A stretch of DNA of 64,000 bases from Peribolospora baueri (lineage: Eukaryota). Positions 1 to 13,403 of the stretch are shown in pieces. The position numbers were made by a program, and so were the translations under genes. The notes below the pieces were generated by a model. It did no database searches, was not told the DNA's origin, and saw nothing but the letters and a program-made list of their open reading frames with translations. Position 1 is the first letter of the stretch; every line of letters begins with the position of its first letter. Where the stretch lies: assembly GCA_029717555.1 (NCBI GenBank), contig JAMDHS010000021.1, positions 62,001-126,000 on the forward strand, read 5' to 3'.

Positions 1-2281
1 GCCGGAGCGTGTCCATTCTCGCCCCCTTCGGAGGGTGCCGATGTTGAATCGCCCGCCACCGGTGGTGGCGCCCGAGATTCTTTCCTCCTCCGCTCCCCCT
101 CCAACTCATCGATCCATTCGTCGATGCCCAAAGACTTTCTCCAATTCTTCCTCAGCCCGCTGCCCTTTTTACCACGTGCGATGCCGTTAACGACATCATT
201 CACCAGTTCCCTCGCTCGGAAGACCTTCGCGATGTTGCCAGCCACGCGGACGCGAACGGCTTCGCCGGGCTTGGTGGATGAGTAGATCCAACCGCCGCGA
301 GTGATGGAGGAGCGAGCCAGCTGGAGCAGCTCCGTCGGTAAGGGGCCGCCTGGGGCGTGCTGGTACACATCTGCAGAGTCAGGGAAGAGTCCCTCGTATG
401 GCGACTGTGCTCCGTCTGTGTTGTCGGCTTGCGCCTTCGTTGAAGAAGGTGCCTCCTCCGTCGTCGTATCAGTAGATAGCCTTGCCTTTTTCGACGGGCG
501 ATCTTCGCCAGACGCGGGATCCTCGTCGAGTTTGTCGAAATCGGGATGTCCGACGTACGTCAATCGAACGTCTTGCTCCTCGGGCTCATACACGCCCGCG
601 AGCTCGAAGGCCAGCAAGTCGCGCTTGCGAGAGGGGCGGACGGATCCCTTGAAAGCGAGATAGCCCTGATGCCACCAGGTCTTGCATCCCGGCCGAGGGC
701 AGTAAACCATGCGGTCTTGCAGAGGGTCGTAGAAGCCTGTGGGGTGAGGCGGTTGATTGCGCTGTGTCGAGAAAGGGCTTAAGTCAGGCTCGCTTCACGA
801 AAGCGACATCGACCGCCGTGGATGGATCGCTCACGTCGTATCTCCTGCCGACGGCGTTGTACGTGTAGCGCCACCAGTAGCTCGGATTAGGCTCTTCGGC
901 GTCTTCCGACATTTCGTCGAATTGTACCACATCGGCGACCCCTGTCGTGCGACCGGGTCAGCGAAAAACGAGTGGACGAAGGGAATCGGATGTGAGCGGC
1001 CCGAGGGAGGACGACGAACGCGGCGACTTGCGACACATCAACCTCACCGTCAAAGGTGCGAACGTCGACAATCTGCTCATGGTTCGAATATGCGACCTCC
1101 TTCGCCTCCCGACAGACGCGCACGGCGCTGTCCGAAGCAAACGAACGGCCAGGGTCAGCGAATCCACCTGCCCGGGGAGCACCTTGCGGGTCGAAGAGTT
1201 GTGCAACGACGCTCACTTCTGACCAGACATATCGTCATACTTGTAGTAATACGCAACCTTAAGCCAGCTAGACAATTGAAAAAACGTCGGATGTGCGCTG
1301 AATCCGATTTTCCTCCACCGACGTGCGAAGGGTGGATGCCACGGTCTACTCACACGTAGTCTGACCCTTTGGCGCGGATCTCCCTGACCTTGGCAAGGTA
1401 CAAATCATCTTCGGGGATCTTCACATCTACATCGACGTCCTCGCTGTCCCCTTCTGCGGGCCGGAGAAAAATGTCCTCTCCCACTGTGGACACGTGGCAA
1501 AAGTCAGCGGAGTCGGGTGTTCAAACGAGCGCGTCAGAGGCACCAGCGCTCCGCCGTTTCTCGTCCGGAACGTGGCGCACCCGTGGCCGTGCTCTTCCCG
1601 CAAGTCGACGCGGGTTAGGGGCAAGCGCCGTGGCCGCCGTACGCTGCAGTCGAGGCGCCTTCGGGAAACGCGAGCGGAGTGAAGACTCACGGTGGACCTT
1701 AATGTTGTTATCGGGGACTGTCAAACGCGTGGTCGCCAAGCCATGCATGCGCCGCAAAGTCGTCAGATGGCGATTCATCCGGCTGCGCCAAGGACAGAGA
1801 AAGAGCTAAAGGCGAGCTCGGGCTCACGCATAAAGCTCTTGAATTTGGTCAGTTTCGCAAATTCTTCGGGCGACGGCTTTGGCCGTTCGTCTATTCCTTT
1901 TTCGTCCGCTTGTTCAGCCACCTCGTCGGTGCTCTGGGGGTCCGGATGGCCATTAGTAGAGGCGTGTGGGGCGTTTCCGAGATCCTCGGGGGCGACCATT
2001 CCGGTGGCGATATGCTTCGGGCCTTCTTCTTCTTCTTCGTCTGCGTCATTGTCTTCTTCTTCTTCTTCTTCTTCTTCTTCTTCGTCGTCGTCTTCTTCTT
2101 GTCCTCCTCCTTCTCCTTCTTCTCCGTCTTGTCCATCATCCCGGCGCGTCCGTGAGGACATCTCGTCACGGACGCTGCTCTCGCTGCTCTGAGGCGTGTC
2201 TTCGCTGAGCGCCACAGCCTGGTTGAGGGGAGGGCCTCGGTTGCGCCGTTTGTGCATTAGGGCGCCTATGAAGAAGGACAT
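1..2281 (-). CDS. BAH-domain chromatin protein with degenerate PHD-like finger; multi-exon, 3' end runs off the window
   Basis: Manually spliced exons (GT-AG introns) read acidic N-terminus, FAKLTKFKSFML-PDNNIKVHL-GEDIFLRP...DDLYLAKVREIRAKGSDYV-WLKVAYYY...KEVAYSNHEQIVDVRTFDG-VADVVQFDE...YWWRYTYN (BAH signature), then YDPLQDRMVYCPRPGCKTWWH and LARSSITRGG...VAGNIAKVFRARELV. The frame is open to base 1. Confidence 0.75.
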
Positions 2282-3765
2282 GTCCGACGGCGGGTGGTGT
2301 GCGTGGATGAAGCGGGAGCGACGGGCGTAGCAGGAGCAGAAGAGCAGGGAGGGAAGGAGGAGGAAGGGGAAGCAAGCCGGGTCGGTCGGTGTGCCGAGGG
2401 CGGGTCGGGGTCGAGGTAAGGCGGAAGGAGCTTCGCGACGACGACGCCGGAGTGACGACGAGTTCAGTCACGTCGCGCGGATTTCATTAAGAAGCGTTTG
2501 TGCGAACAAGGTGGGCAAGTAAGTACATACGTATACCTACTATACATCCGTACCATACATACATGCATACACACATTGCATAGAGTATGTACTACGTGCT
2601 CGTCCATCCCCCGCTCCGCCCGTGGCTGCGTGCAACGCCCTACGTAGCCGCGCAGGGCCGTATGCAGGCGGGGGTGGCGACGTACCTGGACGCAGGCAGC
2701 GCGCATGGACGACGAAGGGATAAAGTTTTTTTTCCGAGTCACTCTTCCACGCCCCGAGCCGCCCTTGGACGATGAGGGGGCCATGAGAGCTCCCCGTTCG
2801 CCACACCGGAAGGGGCGAAGAGGACAGGACAGGACAGAGGACGGCCGACGACGACAGCGGCGCGCCTCGTTTCACCTTCTCGCGCCTGTCTCATATCCTC
2901 ACAACCGTAATCTCCTATGGCTGGCCTTTGGGCGGACGTGCTCAACGAGATATAGTATTCGAGTCATAGGGGTTGGCCTGAGAGAGACGTGCCCTTTTTT
3001 TGACTCACAACTACCACCTCTTTCCTCCCCCTTTTCTCGTTTGGGACGCTCGTCGCCGTCCTCGTTGGACAGACGACACTGGAGGACAGGGCGTACAGGA
3101 GACAGCGAGCGAGCTGACAGAACGAACGAGTCCTCGCTGCTCTTCTTCCAACCTCTCCTTTAGCTGCACGCTACATCCGGTTCGACGAAGGCGACCGCGA
3201 GCGCGACATCAGCGGACGGACCGGATTGAGATCCCCCATCTCCTCCGTCCTCTTTTATTAAATTCTGCGACTCAGGCCGGACGTAGTCGAGGTGGAGGGA
3301 GAGCGGGCCGCCATGGCCATGGCCAGGGCCAGGGCCAGGGACGGGGACGGGCTGGCCGGTTTGTCTCGTCCCTCGAGAGGAATTCGAGGTCCACCGGCAG
3401 TCCTTGGATCACGATCGCCTGTGGGAGCCGCGTCTTCAACAGAACACGCCCCAGCGTCAAGGCCAACGCAGCCCCAGCAAAGGGTTTTACGCTCAGTCAG
3501 ATGCTGGTCAATGCCCTCCTCCTCCCCCAACCTGCACGGCTCTTCCACAGAGCCTCTCCGCCGCCCTTCGCTCCCTCTCTTTCTCTTCGTGTCTCCAAGT
3601 CACTTCGACCCGCTCCTTGTAGTCTTTTAATCCATTTAAAGCGTTTCATTCCATTATGCCGACCAGGTCTATTATTAAAGTTTAGAGGATTACGTTTGAG
3701 GAGGAGGAAGGGCTTGTCCGTCCTCGCGCCGGCCTAGGAATGACGTATAAACAAGAAAACGGCGC

Positions 3766-5257
3766 TTAGGGGAAGTCGACGGGGTTAGGAAGCGTGGCGG
3801 GCTTGTCCATCGGCTTCTCCTGGAAGAGGTGCTCGAAGGTGGCGGCGTACGCGGTTCGGGGGGTCAGGTTCTCCCAGCCCCAGAGGTTTCGGAGGAAGGC
3901 GGGGATGGAGGAGTGGGAGTACTCGTTGCGCGACGGCTTGCTCTCAATCACTTCGTTCTTGACGTAGGGGCTCATGAGGATGGTGGGGACGCGGACGCCG
4001 AGACGCTTGAAGTCAAAGGTGTACGGCTTGCCGTCGGGGGCGACGGAGGTGTAGGTCTTGTCGTCGCCGGCAGGGACGCCAACGGGGGTGGCGACGTGGT
4101 CACCGAAGCCGCCGTGCTCATCGAAGGAGAGGATGAAGAGGGTCTGCTCCCACTGCGGCGAGCCGCGGATGGCCTCGTAGATCTTCTTGACAAAGGCCTC
4201 GCCGGTGGTGATGGGGCTGGGCGGGTGGAACGAGTCGTAGCTGCAGCACTCAGGGTTGATGTACGTGAGCTGGGGAAGCTTGCCGGCCTTGGCGTCGGAG
4301 AAGAACTGAGCGATGGGAAGGACGTGGTCCTTGGTTTGGTTGTTGGTGATGGTCCACTCGTAGAACATGGAGTCGGGGGAGAAGGAGGAGTTGTAGTAGT
4401 TGATCCAGGTCACATTGTGCTCCGAGGCCTGCTGGAAGATGCTCTTCTGGGGCATGGCGCCGTCGGCGTTGTTGTTCTCGCCGTAGCCGTGCGAGGTACC
4501 GCTGGTGATGTAAGCGCGGTTGGGGTTGGTGGGGCCGGGCACGTCGGCGAACCACCTGTCGAAGAGGACACCGGAGCGGGCCATGGCCTCCAGCACGGGG
4601 ATGTTCTCCTGCTTGTAGTAGTTGATGGACTCTGCGGCGCGGCTGACGTTGCTGGTCTGGTACGTCGTGGCCTGCTCCGTCACGAAGCCATTCATGACGG
4701 GCTTCACCTTGCCAGCGTCGACGGTGGCCTCGTCGGGGTGGTAGGTGTCGAAGATCGAGTAAGAGACGCCGGAAACGCCGTGATTCCTGAGAGAAGGAAG
4801 GAGAGGGATGTGAGAGATGTGGTGAGAGTCTAAAAAAAGCTCCAGATTTGGACTTGTTCACTCACGGGTCGTCGGGGGCAACGTTGCGAGCAATGTCGGC
4901 CGAGCACACCTGCTGCGAGTTGGACTGCGAGGCGTTGACGGGGTTGCAGTACGGCTGCTTGAGCTGCGCCAAGCCGTCCATCTCGGCGTACCTGTGGCAG
5001 TTCCGAAGGGGACTTTAGTGCCCTGAAGGCCAGGCCGCGCCAGCGACAAGTGGACGAGTAGAAATCCCCGGCGGGGGGGAGGGGCAAGCTCACGTCATAC
5101 CGCCGAACAAGGTGTCGAAGCTGCGATTCTCCTGGATCAGGATCACAACGTTCTTGATCTTGTCCGAGAGGCGGTTGTCCCGCTGGGGAGCCGCGTGGAC
5201 GGCGGTGCCAGCGAGGGCGAGAGAAACAACAGCGGCGGCGCCAGTGGTGAACTTCAT
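3766..5257 (-). CDS. Secreted phosphoesterase / non-specific phospholipase C (phosphoesterase family), 3 exons
   Basis: Signal peptide MKFTTGAAAVVSLALAGTAVHA; motifs IKNVVILIQENRSFD, FDRWFADVPGPTNPNR, SFHPP, FDEHGGFGDHV, RLGVRVPTILMSP. Exons approx 5257-5101, 4991-4866, 4787-3766. Confidence 0.9.
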
Positions 5258-5330
5258 GGCGAGGAGGTGGGACAGGTGGGGTGTCTGTCTGTACGAGAGG
5301 ACGACTCGATTGGCCCGACGCCCTGCTTGT

Positions 5331-5337
5331 TTTTATA
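5331..5337 (-). promoter_or_regulatory. TATA box of phosphoesterase gene
   Basis: TATAAAA on the minus strand about 75 nt upstream of the ATG at 5257. Confidence 0.45.
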
Positions 5338-8300
5338 GCAAAGACATGGACGGCGAAATGAGGGCACGGAGGAGCCGACGAAAGAGCATGGCTTTGTTTC
5401 TGAGGTGGAGGGCGGAAGGATCGGACGAAGCAGAATAGCGACCGCGTTCCTGCAGTGAAGCTATGGGAAAAGATGAGCGCCGTTCCTGCTTGGCGAGACT
5501 GCACTGGGCCCGGCCGCTTGACCATGAGACGTAGACCGGAGCGGCGGACGAAACGGCGGCTGTCGGGTGACGCTTAGACGGGAATCGCCGCCGTTTCTGA
5601 AAATCACGCCCACTTCACCGCCAACCCCGACCGGACGTCCGCCGGACGTACGACGGCGGCGGCGACAACGACGGCGAGCAGTCGTCAGTCAGTGCGGCCG
5701 AGGTGGAAGCGATGCGGGGCGAGTTTCGAAGAACGGCATGTGTGTGGATCTGGGGTCTCACCTGACTGCGGCCGACGTCTGGCGGCGCTTGGCGCGAATA
5801 AACGTTCGTAAATGACAGAACGTTCTGAACGTGATGAGTGAAGCGCCGGGGAACGTGCGCGGCTCATGTCGTCCTACACGGTCGAGACCGAAGCTGGCAA
5901 GCTCGACGGACGCTCTCTCTCCTCGGCCCCGTCAGATCGCCAAACGGACGTCCGTTAGTCGCAGTTGGACGGGGTTTGCTGATCAACCGGAGAACGTCCA
6001 TGGTAATATCCGCCCGGCCCCCGGCCCGACGCCAGACGCCGCACGGACCACCCCTGTTTGCAACAAACAACCCGGCCTTACCGACGCCCGACCCAGCCCG
6101 AACAAAACGCCGTTGACCATTTACATCTCGTCGCCACCACCTCCGTTCCGGGCACCGCCGCCGAGCCTCGAGCGGATCGCCTTGTTGATGCTGGCGATGA
6201 AGGCCGCTCGTCCGGAATGGGCAGCTCCAGCGAACCGTGCCATCGAGTCACCGGAGGAAATAGCCCAGACGCTCCAGAAGCCAGCCAGTCGCTCCTGACG
6301 AAGGCACGCCCCTCCCACGCCCACGCCGCTACCACTGCCGCCAACGCAAGGGGTCATGGACAATCGGAGACGTCGTGAAAAAGGGCGGCCAATCCACCCG
6401 TTGGTGGCCCGAGAACCTAAGCCAAAGCGGCGACCATCAACGAAGAAAGAAAGGGAGCAGACGACAGGCCTCGAGGACGCTTCCCTCGAACGACCCCGGT
6501 ACACTCGGTCTCATACGCCTTTACCGAATCGACATCACCTGGACGGCCGTATGCGAAGGAGGGGAAAGAAATCTGGTGAATCGCAGTTCTTTTTTTTTCC
6601 TTCACAAAGCAAGGTCGATGGAGAGCGTTCAGCGAGCCGACGGGCCCGTAGTTGCCCGGCCGACCTCGGTCTTTGGCTATGTAAAGGAAGCAGATGCGAG
6701 CCTCTTTTCGGAAGGGAAAAGACGATGGAGCGGACGGGCGTGGCACAGCTGTGGTGTTAACGAGCGGAGGAGGCGGTCAGCGCACTTGCTGCGACGGTGG
6801 CTCGTCGGCGACGATAAAACAGGAGCTATGAACGTTGATGCGCGCAAAGCGAAAGGGAGGACGGACGAGCTCGACGGTGAGCCTGCGCCTGAGCAAGCAC
6901 CGTCCTTTCTCCACCAGGTCCAAGAGGAGGCTGGCAGGTGGCGCCGTTGTTGGTACGAGGGAAATCATCGATGCGCAGGCCGAGCACCGTGCCGAAAGGA
7001 GCGACCGAACGTTTGTCGGATCGTCTCTTCGCTGCCCAGACCGGCGTCGACATTGGACGAACGGGTTTGCTGACAGCCGAGACGTCCTCCATGCCCATGG
7101 AAAGAGCTCATGAAAACGGAGGGTACGCTCACTCAGACGGGATCCGGGCGGAGGGTGGCTGGAAGAGCGTAACGTCGTGGGTGAGCGAATGGGCGACGAG
7201 GTGACTGACCTGGAGCATGTCGTGGATCGCCGGTGGTTCGGTTCGCTCTTTGCCGACGAATGGCATGGGAGGCTTCACAGTTTGGTGAGAAGAGAGTGTC
7301 TCAGAGGCGCGTACGGGCCTCGTTAAGCCGATATGCTTTCACCGACGACCTCTGACGCACCATCCCTCCTCCCTGCCGATGTTATCGCTCGGCATTCAGG
7401 TGGGCCTCGACGCGACATAGACAGAATCATTCGTTCCTCGTGGCCAGAGACCCCGACCGTTCCGCGTCGACTCCTCGACTCCTTCACCCCCCTCCCCACC
7501 CTGCTCCGATTTGTAAGTGACCATCGGGATGCACGTCTCCTCTGTGCGCCAGCGCCGCCTAGCGTTCTTGACGATCATCGTCTCTTAGAAGAAAAAGGCT
7601 CGGCTCGATGTATGCAGTCTCAAAGGCGGGCGGGGGCAATGGACGGGATGGGACGATAAGAGACTCAGACGTGCGTCAGCTGAAAGAGCTTCTCTCGAGG
7701 ACGGTCATCGCGCCTTTACGAAGCGGATACGAGAGCGGCTGGAGTATTGGACGAAGGACGGGTTTGCGTGGACGCTTTCCGTCCGGCCAGGAGAAATTCC
7801 GACCGACGACGTCTCAGCGCGGACCCCGTCGCCGACCAGTAGGATCCACATCCACTCCCTCCCATCCCACGAGCTCGCGTGGGCAGGGAAGTAACCAGCG
7901 AAGAAGCGCCCGGGTGCCCGCGCGGACATGTCTGCCCATCGACGGCCGCGCCCCGATCCGGCTGACGGCTAGGCCATCCCCAGCGCGCGGCCAAACCGAT
8001 GCGAGTCGTAGATCGTCGCTTTCTCGGCAGAGTGTGAGGAGGATTGGGCTCGGTCAGAAAGTCGTGACGACTCGCACGGTCGGTCGCTCTCGTCCGGGCG
8101 CCCAGTCGCGTGCACTTCGGTCTCGAGCGAGCACGGCCGTCCGGGACGGGATGGGGACGTCGGTCGGGCGGGGGTGGTCGTCGTCTTCGAGATGGCGCCC
8201 GTCCGTCCGCGGAGGTGGTCGCAGTCGTTTCCACCGCCCTGTCCTTCCCACCCAGCGCCGACGAAGACGTTCGCCCATCAGGCTGGGGGGGTGGGGGTCC

Positions 8301-10265
8301 GAAGGAGGACAGCCGCTGTCGAGGTGGCCGGGTCTGCTTCGTTATGCTCAGTTCTACTCAGTTCTGCTATGTTCCACTCCTCCAGAGGCTACTCTGCTCC
8401 CCTCTTCACAGCTCACGTCCGCCCTGTGATCCAGAGCGACATTGTGATAGCGTCACCATCATCGTCATCATCATCACCAACATCAACGTCGCCTCGCTCG
8501 CTCGCACTGACGCCGGCGGCCGACCGACAGACGCTGACTGGGGCTCGCCCCGTCCAGCCGTTTGACTCCGTCAAGACCTCCTCTTCGGCGTCTACGTCCT
8601 GCGCGTAAGGGCCGCCCACCCACCTACCCACTCACCGACATTTTCGCCGCCCCTGGCAAGCACAAACTCAGCAGCAGCAGCAGCGCACTTGGGCGGCCAA
8701 CCCAAGAGGCGATGTCACATGAGACGCGGCGGTACGCGCAGAGACCGAGTGCGGAGCACCAGACGGGACGAGACAAGATGGGACGGACGAGCGACCGGAG
8801 TTTTCCTTCGCCCTAATTCCTTCCTTCCATCCAAGACATCGACCGGCCCATGGCTGGCGCCAGAGGGAGGCCGGGTGGGGCAGAGACAACGGCCACGGCA
8901 CGAACTGCCCTACTCGAAATTGTGGGACGGGAAGAAGCGATTCGCGTGAGAGAGTTTCGGGTCGAGTGAAGAGAGAGCAGGAGGAGGTCGATTGTTAACT
9001 CGGCCGATGGCGCAGAGCCCACAGCGAGCCATGGAAAAGACCGCAAGATTTTAATTTCCCGTGCATGTTTGACGTCTCTCGCCCCGTCCGTCTCTCGCCT
9101 GGACCATCCACTCTCGAACGGGACATTCGGCGGCGCGGGTAAAAGGGGGCCGGTGTCGAGCTCACACCAGTTTCAGCTCTCTTCACTTCGCAACGGGTCC
9201 TGCCACTTCCGTCATCCTCCGTGACGTCCGCCGCGGCCCCCTAAAAACGTCGTTCTCGGTCCCCACCCCAGGTTTCGTGACCGGCGCGGACACGGGGCTC
9301 CGTGCGACGGGACGCTGAGGAAGAGAAAGGCACACTTCGTTCGAGTCGAGGTCCGTGTGGTAGACGCACCCCCGCAGTGCCGCAAAGGACTTCGGAGCTG
9401 TGGCGCGAGAAGGGGCGCGGACCGAGTCGAGCCATGCGGCGAGAATAAGGCCCATGCGGGGCCCACTGGAGCGTACACGACGTGGGCTACCGCCGGACAA
9501 ACAAAACGACGCGGAGCCGCGAACGCGACCAGTCGTCGAGCCCGGAGGAGACGTCTCAGCCGGCTGCTGCTCTGAGCGGACGGTCGGGCGGAGATGGGCA
9601 GATAGATGGGCCAGTCCCACTCTCTCGGCGCTGCCACTCGTCTTCAACGACGACAGTAGGTGCCTCGGCCAGGGTGGTCGTTCCTCGGTTCAGCAGACTC
9701 CAGAGCGTGGAGAACACCAGAAAGAGCAGCGCCAGACCAAGAGCAACAGTAGCACCGGCAGCACCAGCAGCCCCAGCAACACCACCACCAAAGAACGACA
9801 TGAGGCCCACCACGCCTCGTCGACCTTGGCCTCTCGCTGCCCAGACCAGAAAGACTTCGCTCAAAAGGGCAGCTTTCAAGACCTGCGCCAGGTCAGTTTC
9901 CGACCGGCCGCCCCGCCTCGTCCTATCTTTCTTCGCCGCCGGGCGACTTTCGCTCGCCTTTCGTCTGGCGTCCCCCTATAGAGTCGCCTGCGTTTAAAAA
10001 TCTTGTCCCGCCCAGCGCGGACATGGGTCGGTTAGACTTGGTTCGCGGTGGGGTGCGGTAAGGATATGCAGATACGCTATGCCTTCGCAGGCCCTTCGCG
10101 CCAAGTAGGGTTGTCGCCGCAGCACTATACGCGCGCCCTCCGCCAGCTGACCGGCTCTACCACAAATCTTCGGATTCGACGTCGACCACTGGAAGAGCTC
10201 AGCTCCACACCGCTCCTGCCCCCCTTTCAACGTCGGCCAGCTCGTCCGAAACCATCTTGCCCGAC

Positions 10266-13200
10266 ATGGCAGCACCGGGACAGACACCCGTGTTCGTCAT
10301 GAGTGAGTGTCGTTCGGCGTCCACCACACATCCAGCCGTCCGTGCATCATGGCATCCCAGCTCTCGTCCAGGCACCCACGACTGTAGCAGAGCCATGGCT
10401 CTTGACCTCGGCCGAGGTAGCACGCTCTCTCCAAGGCTCACGGCGGCTGACCCCTCTTCTTCCCCTTCCTATCATAGACACCGGCCCAGAGCGCACCTCC
10501 GGCCGCAAGGCTCAGGTCTCCAACATCACCGCCGCCAAGGTGAGCCAGCCGCTCCGAGCCAAGCGAGCTAGCGAGCGACTCAGACGTCTACTTCGTCCGA
10601 TACCGGCCCTGTTGCACGCCCCTAATGCTTCCTTTGTCGCCTGTCATATTGCTCGCTTCAGACCGTTGCAGATGTCATTCGCACCTGTCTCGGCCCAAAA
10701 GCTATGCTCAAGATGATCTTGGACCCCATGGGCGGTATCCTGTGAGCCCCCCGACGCATACCTTCCGCCCTCGGTCTGCGCCAATGCCTGAAAATAAATG
10801 AACTGATAGGTGATTTACCTTTGACTCCCCATAAGTCTTACGAATGACGGCAACGCCATTCTCCGTGAGATCGAGGTCGCCCACCCCGCCGCCAAGAGCA
10901 TGATTGAGCTCGCCCGGACCCAGGACGAGGAGGTGGGTGATGGCACGACGAGCGTCATCATCTTGGGTGAGTGCGATCCACGCCTTCTCCCCGCTTGTCC
11001 CGATCACATTCCGCCTTCAACGTCTCGTATCGTCATGGCCGCATCGGATCCCAAGTCGCTCACTCTCTCTCCTTCCCATCGTCCACCCATTCTCCTTGCC
11101 CACGCACCGACCAGCTGGAGAGATCATGGCGCAGTCGCTTCCCCAGCTCGAGCGCGGCATCCACCCGGTGATCATCATTCGCGCCTTCACCAAAGCGCTG
11201 CAAGAGGCTCTCTCCATCATCGACCGTATCTCCGTTCCCGTAAACGTGGATGACGAACAGGAGATGCTCGCTCTCGTCAAGACCTCCATCGGGACCAAAT
11301 TCGTCAGCCGCTGGAGCGACCTCATGTGCAGGCTCGCCCTCAAAGCCGTTCGCACCGTCGCCACCATTGACGAGACTGCCTCTTCCGCCCCTGCTTCTGC
11401 CGTCGCCGCCGTCGCTTCTTCGTCGGCCAATTCGACGCTGACGAGCGGTGCTGGTGCGGGAGCAGGAACGACGGCTAGTAGTCATAACTTGTTGAGCGCG
11501 GGGTCGGAAGGGACCCGAACGGTGGACATCAAGCGGTACGCGAGAGTGGAGAAGGTCCCCGGTGGAGAGATTGAGGACAGCAGGGTGTTGGACGGCGTCA
11601 TGCTCAACAAGGACGTCACGCATCCCAAGATGAGGAGGAGGATCGAGAACCCGAGGATCGTGTTGCTTGTGAGTTTGCGGCCAGTGATCTCGTCTGTCGC
11701 ATCTTGTCACGTCGTGTTGCCTCTCCTTGTCATGGCACCGGGACCCGTTTTCTGATCCTATCTCGCCACGTCTCGCCGCCTCGTCGTCTCAACCTTTCAT
11801 CGTCTCAAGGACTGCCCGCTGGAGTACAAGAAGGGCGAGAGCCAGACGAACATCGAGATCACCAAGGAGGAGGACTGGAACAAGATCCTGCAGGTGAGCG
11901 TCGCTTCGCTTTGCAAGTGTTTGCTCTTTTTCAACCGTCCCTTGGCGCGGCCGGCTGATTCGTTGTTCGGACCGAATATACCGCATAGATCGAGGAGAAT
12001 CAGATCAAGGCCATGTGCGATCGGTTGCTCGAGTTCAAGCCCGACCTCGTCTTCACCGAAAAGGGTGTCAGCGGTGCGTTCGTTGGCGCGGCCACGATCC
12101 GACTATCGGTCATCATCGACGTCTCACCGCCTTTGCCCTTGTCTCTTTCCTTCCCCTCGTTTCGTACCGTACCGCTCTGCAGACCTCGCGCAGCACTACC
12201 TGCTCAAGGCGAACGTGACGGCCATCCGCCGCGTGCGCAAGTCGGACAACAACCGCATCGCCCGCGCCGTCGGTGCCACGATCGTGAACCGGGTCGAGGA
12301 CCTTCGCGAATCCGACGTCGGCACCGGGTGTGGGCTGTTCCACGTCGAGAAGTTGGGCGACGAGTTGAGTGACCGCCGGCTCGGTTTTCCCGTCTTCCGG
12401 GCCATGGACGGACGTCGGTCGGGCAAAGGCATCTCGGCTGACCGTTTGATGGACTCGCACGTTCTCTCGCTCCCTTTCTCTCTCGTCTCTATCGCATCGC
12501 CTCTTCCTCCCGTGCATAGGTACTTCACCTTCCTCGAAAAGTGCCGTAACCCCAAGGCGTGCACCATCCTCCTCCGTGGTCCATCGAAGGATATCCTGAA
12601 TGAGATCGACCGCAACCTCGCGGACGCCATGTCTGTCGCTCGCAACGTCGTCTTCAACCCCAAGTTGGCGCCAGGAGGCGGCGCGACGGAGATGGCGGTC
12701 GCCGTCGGCTTGAGCGAAAAGGCGCGCAGCATCGAGGGCATCGAGGGGTGGCCGTTCAGGGCCGTCGCGGACGCCATGGAGGTCATCCCGCGCACGCTCA
12801 TCCAAAACTGCGGCGGGAACGCCATCAAGGTGCTCACACAGCTCAGGGTGAGTTGTCACGTGTCGTTTGGTGGCTGGAAGAGAGAGAGACGGATTGGGGG
12901 GGGGGAGCGGTCTCGCTTTCGATTCCACGACCGAGCCAGACTGACTCGATTCGCGCTCCTTGATACGATCGTCGCGTGTCCGCCATGATGCCGCAAAGGC
13001 CAAGCATGCCCAGAAAGAAAATTCGTATGGCGTCGACGGAGAGACGGGTAAGGTGGTGGACATGAAGGAGTACGGCCTGTACGAGAGCGCGAGCGTAAAG
13101 ATCCAGACGATCAAGACGGCCATTGAGGTGCGTCGTCTTCCTTCACTTCGTTCGCTTCGGACGGCTCTGCAGATAGATGGGCTGACCGACGGTCCGACGA

Positions 13201-13403
13201 TTGGCTTCTTCTGTTTTTCCTTTCCACCGACCCTTCCTCCACTTCTTTTCGTTCCTTTTTTTCAGTCCGCTTCTCTCCTTCTCCGAGTAGACGACGTCGT
13301 CTCCGCCCGCCGTGCCCGCGGCGATGGCGGCGGAGGCGGTGGGCCTCAGGTGCAGAACATGGCTGCGGCGGGCATGGAGGAGGGAGCGCCCGAGATGCCC
13401 TAA
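10266..13403 (+). CDS. CCT3: T-complex protein 1 subunit gamma (CCT/TRiC chaperonin), multi-exon
   Basis: [159 protein letters not shown]. Confidence 0.97.

Noticed and set aside
3829..4833. 334-aa plus-strand ORF
   Set aside because: It is antisense to the phosphoesterase and explained by high-GC3 codon bias.
8255..8295. FAHQAGG resembling the HQVGGH motif of inositol polyphosphate kinases
   Set aside because: The match is short and isolated, with no downstream kinase motifs.
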